Positions 34,695 through 43,059 of a DNA stretch of 43,059 bases are shown piece by piece (the first letter of the stretch is position 1; each line of letters starts with the position of its first letter). Position numbers and translations under genes: made by a program. This DNA is from Acidobacteriota bacterium (GTDB taxonomy: Bacteria > Acidobacteriota > Thermoanaerobaculia > Multivoradales > UBA5704): positions 1-43,059 of the forward strand of contig JBDTZG010000046.1 in the NCBI GenBank assembly GCA_040005235.1, in the 5' to 3' direction. Below the pieces are notes generated by a model. The model was not told where the DNA came from, searched no databases, and worked only from the letters and a program-made list of their open reading frames with translations.

Positions 34695-35665
34695 GGCGCC
34701 GGACGTTTCGGCGTGTGCCAGGTGAAGTTGACCACGATCGGCTGATCGATCCCCTTGTGGATCACCCGCTCGGCACCGAAGTGGTAGACCGTGGCGCCGA
34801 GGTCTAGCCCAAAACCGGTCCTAGCGTGCTCGAAAGCCAAGCCCGCGCCGACGTAGCCGTCACCCATGTGGAGGCCGCCGGTTTTTCCGGAAAGATCGAA
34901 GCCGGGACCGGTGATCCGCCCGGTGAATCCTTGCCGCGGCAGCGGCAGCGCGCCGATCACCCGCGGCGCCATGGTCCAGCCCTTGCCCAGCGGGCGCTCG
35001 TGGCGCCAACCGACGTACGGGGTGACGAAATCGTAGGTGGCGCTGTGGTCCAGCACGCCGGATGCCCCGGCGTTGCGTCCGGTCACCAGCCGATAATCGA
35101 GCGTGTAGCCGGCGAGGTCGAGCCGCTCAAAGAGCGCGCCGAACGTCCAGGTGGTCGCCCGGCCGCCGGGTTGCCAAACCACTCCGCCGCCGACGCCGAA
35201 GTGCTTGAGATCTCCTTGGGGATTCGAGAACGTCGCAAGCTCCGGCAGGTCGAGCGGAATGTCGTTGCGGAAGATCGGGTGGAACAGATCGCGACCGGAG
35301 CTGCCGGAAAAGCTCATCGCATCGTAAAAGCCGACCGCCTGGAGGCCCCAGCGGTCGGAGAGCGCCCGGGTGGCGCCGAGGCCGAACAGCACTCCCCCGA
35401 CGTCGACGAAACCGCCGCCGTTCTTCGCCCCCGCGATCTGCGCCTGGAACTGCCACTCGCCCCGCGCGCTCCCCGACAGGGAGGGCCCGGCGAGCGGCAT
35501 GGTGAGGTAGCGCACGTTCATCGCGCTTTCCGGCAGGTGCTCGGTGATGAACTCGATGTCGTCGCCGGGATTGGCGACCGCGGCCTTCGCGGCCGGCGCG
35601 AGGCCGATTGCTGATGCCAAAGTCGCGGCGAGGACCGTCAGCGAAAACTTTGGAGAAGGTTTCAT
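34691..35665 (-). CDS. Exported hypothetical protein, probable outer-membrane beta-barrel
   Basis: Signal peptide ending AKA; amphipathic aromatic-rich beta strands; ATGA overlap with the upstream LTA-synthase-like gene. Confidence 0.6.
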   Translation of the reverse strand: MKPSPKFSLTVLAATLASAIGLAPAAKAAVANPGDDIEFITEHLPESAMNVRYLTMPLAGPSLSGSARGEWQFQAQIAGAKNGGGFVDVGGVLFGLGATRALSDRWGLQAVGFYDAMSFSGSSGRDLFHPIFRNDIPLDLPELATFSNPQGDLKHFGVGGGVVWQPGGRATTWTFGALFERLDLAGYTLDYRLVTGRNAGASGVLDHSATYDFVTPYVGWRHERPLGKGWTMAPRVIGALPLPRQGFTGRITGPGFDLSGKTGGLHMGDGYVGAGLAFEHARTGFGLDLGATVYHFGAERVIHKGIDQPIVVNFTWHTPKRPAP

Positions 35666-37650
35666 TTCTTCGCCTCCGCCACCCGACCGCTAGGGGTCGG
35701 CAGCAGGTAGCCTCCGGTGCGGTAGAGCTGGTCGGCCCCGTCGTAATAGGCGATCGCGTCCTCGATCAGCTCGTGCCCTGCTTGATCCGGACGCGGGATC
35801 GCCACGAATTGATCGTCCGCGCCGACCGAAAACAGCGAGGCGCGCCCCTGCAAGCCCAGCACGGCGATCCGCCCGCCGCGCATCAGGGCGATCTCGTTGT
35901 TGTGGGTCATGAGCGCGCGGCCCTGCTCGGGCGGGATGTGAAAAACGTCGTGGCCGAAGAAACGCGACTCGTAGCTCATCCCCAACAGTCCGAGGATCGT
36001 CGGCGGCAGGTCGAGCGAAGAGGCGAGGGTGTCGATCCGCCCCCCCGCCGGCACCAGCCCGGGCGCGAGGAACAGGATCGGCACCTCGTAGCTCGGCAGC
36101 GGAATCGCCTCGGCGCCGTAGACCCGCGCGCCATGGTCGCCCATCAGCACGAACAGGGTGTGGTCGAAGAAGGCGTGGCTCTTGGCCTGTTCGATGAACC
36201 GGCCGAGCGCCCAATCGGCGTAACGCACGACGTTTTCGCGCCGCTTGAGCTTCGGGTCGGGACGGATCGGCCCGTCGGGAAAGGTGTAGGGCCGGTGGTT
36301 CGAGACCGACAGGACCAGGGTGTAGAACGGCTTGCCCGCAGCCTCGAAGCCATCCATTTGGACCAACGCCTGATCGAAGATCGATTCGTCCGCCGCTCCC
36401 CAGGCGGTGGTAAAGGTACCGTCGGGATAATCCTTCTGCTCGAAGATTCGATCGACGCCGTTGTTCGAAAGATAGCCGCCCATGCCGTCGAACAGCGCAC
36501 GCCCGCCATAGACCCAGAGCGTCCCGTAACCGCGCTCGCGCAGCAGGCCGGGGAGGGTGAAAAGGTTTTTCGACGCCGGCCGGCGGACCACCGAGATGCC
36601 GGGCAGCGGCGGCAGCGACGAGGTCGTCGCTTCGATCGCGCGGATCGTCCGGTTGCCGGTCGAATAGGCGTGGGTGAGCAGCGTGCCCTCGGCCGTGAGA
36701 GCGTCGAAACTGGGCGTCAAGGAGACCGGCCGCGGATGGAGCGCGCCGATGAACTCCGAACCCAGACTCTCTTCGAGCACGACCACCACGTTCCACGGCC
36801 GGGGCTGTGCCTGACCGCGCACCGCGCGGAGGGTCGATTTCGGCGCGAACGTCCCCGGCACCGTGGCGGGCTCGGTGAGCAGCCGGCGGAGCCGCGGGAA
36901 GACCTGCGCGTCCGGCCGGGTGGCGTAGAGACCTTCGTAACTCGCGTTGCTCCCGGCGAGCGCCGCGGCGAAGCAGAGGTAGCCGTTGGCCGCGATCTGG
37001 TTGACCGCGCGGTCCGCAGAGACTTCCGCGAGACCCGACGGCAGAAGGAAGGTGAGCGCGAGAACGACCGCGAGATAAACCCCGAACCCGGGTAGCCGTT
37101 GGCGCAACCGGACGGGATCATCCCAAGCCCTGGCGATCGGCCGGCGGAGGGCGGCGAGCAGGCCGACCGTCACGACCAGCAGGACCGCGACGATCTTGCC
37201 GGTCGGGTAGCTCTGCCAGATGTTGTCGGCCACCTCGGTCGGAAACATCAGGTAGTCGACCGCGACGAAGTTGAATCGGCCGTTGAACTCCAGGAAGAAG
37301 AACAGCTCGACGACCGCGACGAACAGCGCGCCGAAGATCGCCAGGAACAACCCGACCCGCAGCAGGATGCGCTGCCAGGCCCTAGCGAACCAGCGCTCCG
37401 GCAGCAGGGTGAGATAGATCATCAGCGGCAGGGCCACCCAAAGCGCCGCCAGAAGGTCGAGCAGCGCGCCGCTGCCGAGCGCAGCGAGCGTCGTTCCGAG
37501 CCCGTTCTTGGTCGGCACGTGCTGAACGCAAAGCAGGACGATGCGGGTGATCAGAGCCAACGACCAGAGAAATGCGATCCAGATGAAGGCGAAGCGAAAT
37601 CGGCTGGCGAACAATCGGCGAAGCCGGGAGGGGGCGGAGGAGGCGAGCAT
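35662..37650 (-). CDS. LTA synthase/phosphoglycerol transferase (sulfatase superfamily) membrane protein
   Basis: About 5 N-terminal TMs; NVVVVLEESLG, TGNRT (Thr nucleophile), SNHRPY, YADWA, GDHG. Confidence 0.88.
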   Translation of the reverse strand: MLASSAPSRLRRLFASRFRFAFIWIAFLWSLALITRIVLLCVQHVPTKNGLGTTLAALGSGALLDLLAALWVALPLMIYLTLLPERWFARAWQRILLRVGLFLAIFGALFVAVVELFFFLEFNGRFNFVAVDYLMFPTEVADNIWQSYPTGKIVAVLLVVTVGLLAALRRPIARAWDDPVRLRQRLPGFGVYLAVVLALTFLLPSGLAEVSADRAVNQIAANGYLCFAAALAGSNASYEGLYATRPDAQVFPRLRRLLTEPATVPGTFAPKSTLRAVRGQAQPRPWNVVVVLEESLGSEFIGALHPRPVSLTPSFDALTAEGTLLTHAYSTGNRTIRAIEATTSSLPPLPGISVVRRPASKNLFTLPGLLRERGYGTLWVYGGRALFDGMGGYLSNNGVDRIFEQKDYPDGTFTTAWGAADESIFDQALVQMDGFEAAGKPFYTLVLSVSNHRPYTFPDGPIRPDPKLKRRENVVRYADWALGRFIEQAKSHAFFDHTLFVLMGDHGARVYGAEAIPLPSYEVPILFLAPGLVPAGGRIDTLASSLDLPPTILGLLGMSYESRFFGHDVFHIPPEQGRALMTHNNEIALMRGGRIAVLGLQGRASLFSVGADDQFVAIPRPDQAGHELIEDAIAYYDGADQLYRTGGYLLPTPSGRVAEAKK

Positions 37651-37788
37651 AAGCGGCAGTCTACGCTGGGGGAGATGAAACCGGCATGAACGGCCAACAC
37701 GACCGTATCCAAGGCCTGGCACCGCAGTTGCTCTCACCCCATCGGCCGGCCAATTCGGCCAACTCGCTGCCTGGGGAGACCCGTTTCG

Positions 37789-38589
37789 ATGCGCGCACCT
37801 TGTCTCGTCTTCGCGAGTCTGTTCGCGGTCGCCGGCCTGGCGTCCGCGAGCGTCGCGAAATCCTCAGCATCCTCAATACCCCCGAAGCTCAACCCCAAGC
37901 TTCGCGAGCAGGTTCTCAACCACACAGGATTCGGCCCGCTCGCCCTTTATCGCGAGAGCGATCATCCACCGCATGTCGTGGTCTTCCTCTCCGGCGACGG
38001 CGGCTGGCGGCTCGGGGTGGTCGACATGGCGCGCCATCTCGCCGACCTCGACGCCCTGGTGATCGGGGTGGACATCCGGAAATACCTCAAGTCGCTCGAC
38101 AAGGCCATAGCACCGTGCAGCGACGCCGCCGCCGATTTCGAAGAGATCGGCCGCTACGTGCAAAAGGAGCTCGGCTATCCCGCGCTCAAAAGCCCGATCC
38201 TGGTCGGCTACTCCTCCGGAGCCACCCTGGTCTACGCCGCGTTGGTGCAGGCCGAGCCCGAGCACTTTCGCGGCGCTTTAAGCCTCGGCTTCTGTCCGGA
38301 TCTGCCCGTGGTCAAGCCTTTCTGCGCCGGCCGCGGGCTGCGGTTTACCGCCAACCCGAAAGCTAAAGGAGTGCTGTTCCAGACCACCGCGACGCTCGAA
38401 GATCCCTGGTACGTTTTCCAGGGGAGCATCGATCAGGTCTGCAATCCGCAGGAGACCGCCGACTACGCGAAGAAGGTTCGCCATGGCGAGCTGGTCTGGC
38501 TCGACAAGGTGGGACACGGCTTCTCGGTTGAGAGGCGCTGGCTGCCGCAGTTTGCCGACGCGTTCCAGCGCGTCGCGGGCACGAGATGA
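37789..38589 (+). CDS. AcvB/VirJ-related periplasmic alpha/beta hydrolase (stand-alone N-type domain)
   Basis: Signal peptide; FLSGDGGW, GYSSGATLV, GFCPDL, G..DQVC, VGHGF. Confidence 0.75.
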   Translation: MRAPCLVFASLFAVAGLASASVAKSSASSIPPKLNPKLREQVLNHTGFGPLALYRESDHPPHVVVFLSGDGGWRLGVVDMARHLADLDALVIGVDIRKYLKSLDKAIAPCSDAAADFEEIGRYVQKELGYPALKSPILVGYSSGATLVYAALVQAEPEHFRGALSLGFCPDLPVVKPFCAGRGLRFTANPKAKGVLFQTTATLEDPWYVFQGSIDQVCNPQETADYAKKVRHGELVWLDKVGHGFSVERRWLPQFADAFQRVAGTR

Positions 38590-39908
38590 AGCCGCGCGCT
38601 CTGGCACTTATCGCGCTGCTCGCCGTCGTTCCTCTCGAAGCCGCCTCACTGCCGATCACCGAGCTGGCCCTCGGCCGATTCGGCCGCGTGGTTCTCCATC
38701 GCCCCGCCGGGACGCCGAGCCAGGTGGTGTTGCTCGCCTCCGGAGATTCGTCCCACGACCCCCTGCTCGCGATCCTCACGCGGGAGGCGACGGAGCGGGG
38801 CGCCCTGGTGGTCGAATTCGACACCCGGGCCTACCTCGCCACGGCCGGGGCCGCCAAGGGCTCCTGCATCTACGCCGCGGCGGATCTGGAGCGGCTGTCC
38901 CAAGGGGTGCAAAAGCAGCTCGCCCTGCCGGTCTACCGGCCGCCGGTGCTGATCGGCTATTCCTCCGGGGCCACGCTGGTCCATACCGCGTTCGGGCAAG
39001 CTCCGCCGAGCACGTTCGGCGGCGCGATCAGCCTGGGGCTCCGTCCGGAGCTTAAGACGCCCATGCCCCTGTGTGCCGGCCACGGCGTGCCGCGCGGTTC
39101 GATCGAGATCCCGGCGCCCGGAGCCGTCGGAGACCTCGCGGCGGAGCCAAACTGGCTTCCCCGGTTCCGCAGCGCTTGGGCCGAGCTTTCCGCTCCGCTT
39201 CCGGGCACGACCCCGGCGGCCGCGGTCGCCGACCTGCCGCTGATCGAGGTCGCGGTCGCCGGCCGGGCCGACCCGGCCGCTCCGCTCGCGGTCATCCTTT
39301 CCGGCGATGGCGGCTGGGCCGGATTGGACAAGGAGCTGGCCGGCGCGCTCGCCGAGCGTGGAATCCCGACGGTCGGCTGGAACACGCTTTCCTATTTCTG
39401 GACCGCGCGCACCCCGGAGGGGATGACCCACGACCTCGCCCTTGTCATCCGCCACTACCAGGCCGCCTGGCGGCGCGACCGGGTGCTGCTGATCGGCTAT
39501 TCGTACGGCGCCGACGTGCTGCCGTTCATGGCGAGCCGGCTGCCCGCCGACCTCTCCGCCCGGATCGCGGGGGTGGCACTGCTCGCGCCGAGCCAGGAGA
39601 CCGCCTTCGAATTTCACGTCAGCAATTGGCTCGGCGGCCTCGCCGGGGGTGCGGACGACCAGCACCCGGTCCTGCCTGAGGTGAAGAACCTCGCCGCCAA
39701 GCTGCCCGGCGTGCCGCTCCTTTGCCTGTACGGCGAAAAGGAGACGGACACGATCTGCCCGGAGATCCGGCCGCCCCTGGGCAAGACGATCGCGTTTTCC
39801 GGCGCGCACCATTTCGGCGGCAGCTACGGCGAGGTCGCCGATCGGCTGATCGCGGAATTCGCGCCACGGACCGAGGCCGCCGGCCCCGCCGTTGCTGCCC
39901 CGAAGTAA
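38586..39908 (+). CDS. acvB: AcvB/VirJ family aminoacyl-phosphatidylglycerol hydrolase
   Basis: C-terminal ILSGDGGWAGLD, YFW..RTP, LIGYSYGADV, C.YG..E.D..C, GAHHFGG; adjacent to mprF. Confidence 0.85.
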   Translation: MKPRALALIALLAVVPLEAASLPITELALGRFGRVVLHRPAGTPSQVVLLASGDSSHDPLLAILTREATERGALVVEFDTRAYLATAGAAKGSCIYAAADLERLSQGVQKQLALPVYRPPVLIGYSSGATLVHTAFGQAPPSTFGGAISLGLRPELKTPMPLCAGHGVPRGSIEIPAPGAVGDLAAEPNWLPRFRSAWAELSAPLPGTTPAAAVADLPLIEVAVAGRADPAAPLAVILSGDGGWAGLDKELAGALAERGIPTVGWNTLSYFWTARTPEGMTHDLALVIRHYQAAWRRDRVLLIGYSYGADVLPFMASRLPADLSARIAGVALLAPSQETAFEFHVSNWLGGLAGGADDQHPVLPEVKNLAAKLPGVPLLCLYGEKETDTICPEIRPPLGKTIAFSGAHHFGGSYGEVADRLIAEFAPRTEAAGPAVAAPK

Positions 39909-39919
39909 GATCGAGATCC

Positions 39920-42481
39920 ATGCGCCGCCGGCTGATGCCTTTCGTTTCGGCCCTGCTGTTTTTGGCCGCGCTCTGGCTCTTGCATCGCGAGCTCCGATCG
40001 TTTCATTACCATGAGGTCGCGGCGTTCCTCGCCGCCCTGCCGGCCGGCCGCCTGCTGCTCGCGCTCGCGCTCACCGCGGCGGGATACCTCTCGCTCACCG
40101 GCTACGACCTGCTGGCCGGCCGCTACACCGGCCGGGTCCTGCCGTACGGCAAGACGGCGCTCGCCTCGTTCGTCGGCTACGCCGTTTCGAACGCGCTCGG
40201 CCATCCGCTACTCACCGGCACGCCGCTCAAGGCGCGGATGTACAACCATTGGGGGATCGCGGCGCTCGACGTCACGCGCCTGGTCCTCTTCAGCTTGGCG
40301 ACCTTCTGGCTCGGCTTCGGCACCCTTGCCGGGCTGGCGTTCACGATCGAACCGCTCGCCCTGCCCCCCTCTCTGTTGGCGTTCGGGCTCACCTCGGTGC
40401 GGCCGATCGGCGTGCTGTTTCTGGTCTTGGTCGCGGCCTACCTCACCGCCAGCGTCGTCGCCAAAGTGCGCTGGAGAGGTCCGATGGTGATCCGCGGCTT
40501 CGAGCTGGCGATCCCGCGCCCCAGCTTGGCGCTCGCCCAGGTCGCCATCTCGTCGCTTGATTGGGCGCTTGCCGGAGCGGTCCTTTACGCCCTTCTCCCC
40601 GACTCGTGGCGCCTGTCGTTCCCGGCGTTCCTCGGCATCTACCTGCTCGCCCAGATCGGCGGCCTCGCCTCGCAGGTGCCCGGCGGTCTCGGCGTCTTCG
40701 AGGGGATTATGGTGGCGCTCCTGCCGACGGAGATTTCGCGCTCCGAGGCGCTCGGCGCGCTGGTCGCTTATCGGGGCATCTACTATTTTCTGCCCCTGCT
40801 GCTCGCGGCCCTGCTGCTCGCCGGCCACGAGCTGCGCGAGCGGAGCGAGCAGGTCGGGCGGATCGCCCGGCGGGTCCGGCGGATCGGCCGATTGGGGCCG
40901 GAGCTGGTGCCCCCGGTGCTCGCCGTGCTCACCTTCGTCGGCGGCATCTTGCTGCTCGCATCGGGGGCGACCCCGGCGGAGCCCGAGCGCCTGGCCTGGC
41001 TCGACAACTTCCTGCCGCTGCCGCTGCTCGAAGTCTCGCATTTCGTGGGCAGCCTCGTCGGCGTGGCGCTGCTGTTCCTCGCCCAAGGCCTGCGCCGCCG
41101 GGTGGACATCGCCTATCCGCTGACCGTCGCGATGCTCGCCGCGGGCATCGTCGCCTCGTTGGCCAAAGGGCTCGATTGGGAAGAGGCGCTCGTGCTCGCC
41201 GCGATGCTCGCCGCGCTGCTTCCCTGCCGCCGGTTCTTTTCGCGTCGCGCGGCGCTGTTCGGCGCGCCGTTCACCCCGGGCTCGATCTTGGCGATCGCCA
41301 CGGTCCTCGCCGGTTCGATCTGGCTCGGGATGTTCGCCTACCAGCACGTCGGTTACTCGCACGAGCTCTGGTGGCGCTTCGCGCTCGACGCCAACGCGCC
41401 GCGTTTCCTGCGCGCGTCGGTCGGCGGCCTGGCCCTGGTGGTCGCATTTTCGCTCGCCCGCCTGCTGCGGCCGGCCGCTCCCCGCCCGACGCTTCCCTCG
41501 CCGGAGGAGCTCGATCTCGCCGGCCGCATCGCCGCGGCCTCGCCCCATTCGAGCGCCCACCTGGCTCTTCTCGGCGACAAGGAGCTGCTCTGGAGCCAGG
41601 ATCGCTCGGCGTTCCTGATGTACGCGGTCGAGCACCGCGCTTGGGTCGCCATGGGCGATCCGGTCGGTCCGCAAGCCGCGCACGCGGAGGTCGCCTGGCG
41701 GTTCCGGGAGCTGTCGAGCCGCTTCGGCGGCTGGCCGGTGTTTTACCAGGTGAGCCCGGCGAGCCTGCCGCTCTACGTCGATCTCGGACTCACCCTGCTC
41801 AAGCTCGGCGAAGAGGCGCGGGTGCCGCTCGCCACGTTCGACCTCGAAGGGCGGCCGAGGAAAAAGCTCCGCCACGCGCACAAGAAAGGGGTGGAAGCCG
41901 GTTGCAGCTTCGAGATCCGGCCGCCCGGCGACGTGCCGATCGAGCAACTCTCCGCGATCTCGGACGATTGGCTGGCGCACAAAGGGGCGCGCGAAAAGGG
42001 CTTTTCGCTCGGCTATTTCGATCCCAAGTATCTCGCCCGAACGCCGGTCGCTTGCGTTTCGTGCGGAGGCCGGATCGTCGCGTTCGCGAATCTCTGGCTC
42101 GGCGCGCCGGGCACCGAGATGTCGCTCGACCTGATGCGCTACCACCGCGACGCCCCTGCAGGCGTGATGGACTACCTGTTCCTAGAGCTGCTGCTTTGGG
42201 CGCGGCAGGAAGGCTACGCCTGGTTCAACCTCGGCATGGCGCCGCTTTCCGGGCTCGCCGGCCGCGCGCTCGCGCCGTTCTGGAGCCGCCTGGGCTCTTC
42301 CCTCTATCGCCACGGCGAGGCGTTCTACAACTTTCAAGGGCTGCGCCAGTACAAAGAAAAATTCGACCCGGTCTGGGAGCCGCGCTACCTCGCCGCCCCC
42401 GGCGGCCTGGTGCTGCCGCGGGTCCTGGGAGATCTGGCGACGTTGATCGGCGGGGGTTTACGGGGAGCGTTGGGGCGGTAG
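39920..42481 (+). CDS. mprF: Bifunctional aminoacyl-phosphatidylglycerol flippase/synthase MprF
   Basis: SQVPGGLGVFE, EVSHF.GS, KGLDWEEA, MGDPVG, KLGEEA, EKGFSLG, DLMRY, LGMAPLSG, YNFQGLRQYKEKFDPVWEPRYL. Confidence 0.95.
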   Translation: MRRRLMPFVSALLFLAALWLLHRELRSFHYHEVAAFLAALPAGRLLLALALTAAGYLSLTGYDLLAGRYTGRVLPYGKTALASFVGYAVSNALGHPLLTGTPLKARMYNHWGIAALDVTRLVLFSLATFWLGFGTLAGLAFTIEPLALPPSLLAFGLTSVRPIGVLFLVLVAAYLTASVVAKVRWRGPMVIRGFELAIPRPSLALAQVAISSLDWALAGAVLYALLPDSWRLSFPAFLGIYLLAQIGGLASQVPGGLGVFEGIMVALLPTEISRSEALGALVAYRGIYYFLPLLLAALLLAGHELRERSEQVGRIARRVRRIGRLGPELVPPVLAVLTFVGGILLLASGATPAEPERLAWLDNFLPLPLLEVSHFVGSLVGVALLFLAQGLRRRVDIAYPLTVAMLAAGIVASLAKGLDWEEALVLAAMLAALLPCRRFFSRRAALFGAPFTPGSILAIATVLAGSIWLGMFAYQHVGYSHELWWRFALDANAPRFLRASVGGLALVVAFSLARLLRPAAPRPTLPSPEELDLAGRIAAASPHSSAHLALLGDKELLWSQDRSAFLMYAVEHRAWVAMGDPVGPQAAHAEVAWRFRELSSRFGGWPVFYQVSPASLPLYVDLGLTLLKLGEEARVPLATFDLEGRPRKKLRHAHKKGVEAGCSFEIRPPGDVPIEQLSAISDDWLAHKGAREKGFSLGYFDPKYLARTPVACVSCGGRIVAFANLWLGAPGTEMSLDLMRYHRDAPAGVMDYLFLELLLWARQEGYAWFNLGMAPLSGLAGRALAPFWSRLGSSLYRHGEAFYNFQGLRQYKEKFDPVWEPRYLAAPGGLVLPRVLGDLATLIGGGLRGALGR

Positions 42482-42486
42482 GCGAC

Positions 42487-43059
42487 TCACCCATTCCCCA
42501 AAATCCACCGCCGGGCCGCCGCGCTGGGAATGGCGGCCGAGGCGAGGTAGCCCTGGTAGAGATCGCAGCCGCGTTCGCGCAGGAAATCGAGCTGCGCCGG
42601 GGTTTCCACCCCTTCGGCGACCGTCTGCAATCCCAGCCCGCGGGAGAGCTCGATGATCGCGGTGACGATCGCCCGTCCTTGGCGCCCCTCGTCGATCGCC
42701 CGGACGAACTCGCGATCGATCTTGAGCACGTCGAGCGGCAGGCGCTGGAGGTAAGAAAACGACGCATGCCCGGCGCCGAAGTCGTCGAGCGCGATGCGTA
42801 CGCCGAGATCGCGGATCGCCGAGAGCAGGCGGGCCGTGCGCTCGATCTCGGCGACCGCCGCGTTCTCGGTGATCTCCAGATCGAGCCGGTGGGCCGGCAG
42901 GCCGGTCTCGGCAAGGATCGCCTGGATCGTCGCGAGCAGATCGCCGCGCACCAGCTGATGAGGGGAGAGATTGACCGCCAGACGCGCCGAGGCAGGCCAG
43001 GCGCTCGCCTCGCGGCAGCCGGCGGCGAGCGCCCAGCGGCCGAGCGCGCCGATCAGGAA
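42487..43059 (-). CDS. EAL-domain c-di-GMP phosphodiesterase, C-terminal part (5' truncated by window)
   Basis: AVNLS, LEITE, ALDDFGAG..S.SYL, KIDR, VAEGVET, QGY. Confidence 0.92.
   Translation of the reverse strand, partial: FLIGALGRWALAAGCREASAWPASARLAVNLSPHQLVRGDLLATIQAILAETGLPAHRLDLEITENAAVAEIERTARLLSAIRDLGVRIALDDFGAGHASFSYLQRLPLDVLKIDREFVRAIDEGRQGRAIVTAIIELSRGLGLQTVAEGVETPAQLDFLRERGCDLYQGYLASAAIPSAAARRWILGNG

Noticed and set aside
40208-42145. Long antisense/shadow ORFs (this one, also 152-1282, 8105-9352, 17008-18804, 21921-23738, 24161-25339, 35608-37095)
   Set aside because: They overlap well-supported genes, are Arg/Gly/Ala-biased and show no motifs; expected from stop-codon scarcity in high-GC DNA

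Overview
High-GC bacterial chromosomal window. Gene style (expanded XRE-like small proteins, L-x-L-x-KETL leader peptide, GGAGTGCG-type REP) suggests Acidobacteriota/Thermoanaerobaculia, which is an inference only. Backbone in order: 3' end of hppA; two small YjbR-like genes; an adenylate ligase / polysaccharide deacetylase / DUF2062-methyltransferase operon; a Ser/Thr kinase-M16A/B-double-domain RNase HI operon; a CysM-Mec-CysO-MoeZ sulfur-carrier operon; a membrane glycosyltransferase; a secreted thermolysin-like peptidase and a cyanophycinase; an OMP; a Rieske oxygenase divergent from a GcvT-like gene plus two phytoene-dehydrogenase-like genes; DUF1517; an envelope-modification block (Omp85, OM barrel, LTA-synthase-like, two AcvB/VirJ, MprF); and a partial EAL gene. 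Accessory DNA sits in three pockets between convergent genes. (i) 4887-5837: orphan Cys/Ser-rich RiPP precursor, a 21-bp periodic tract and a KAP NTPase fragment. (ii) 14651-15504: a TA pair. (iii) 26959-31661: three orphan antitoxin-like genes with toxin stubs, DUF4062, VapBC, GNAT, a REP-like element, an 18-slot 20-bp GGGACG array and an XRE-like gene. Best novelty candidates are the 20-bp phased array next to the HTH gene, an intergenic sRNA-like element with anti-Shine-Dalgarno loops (32786-32934), the orphan RiPP precursor, the orphan antitoxin run, and RNase HI with a catalytically dead duplicate domain. No rRNA, tRNA, CRISPR, transposase or integrase was seen. All family calls come from motif recognition by eye, not database searches.
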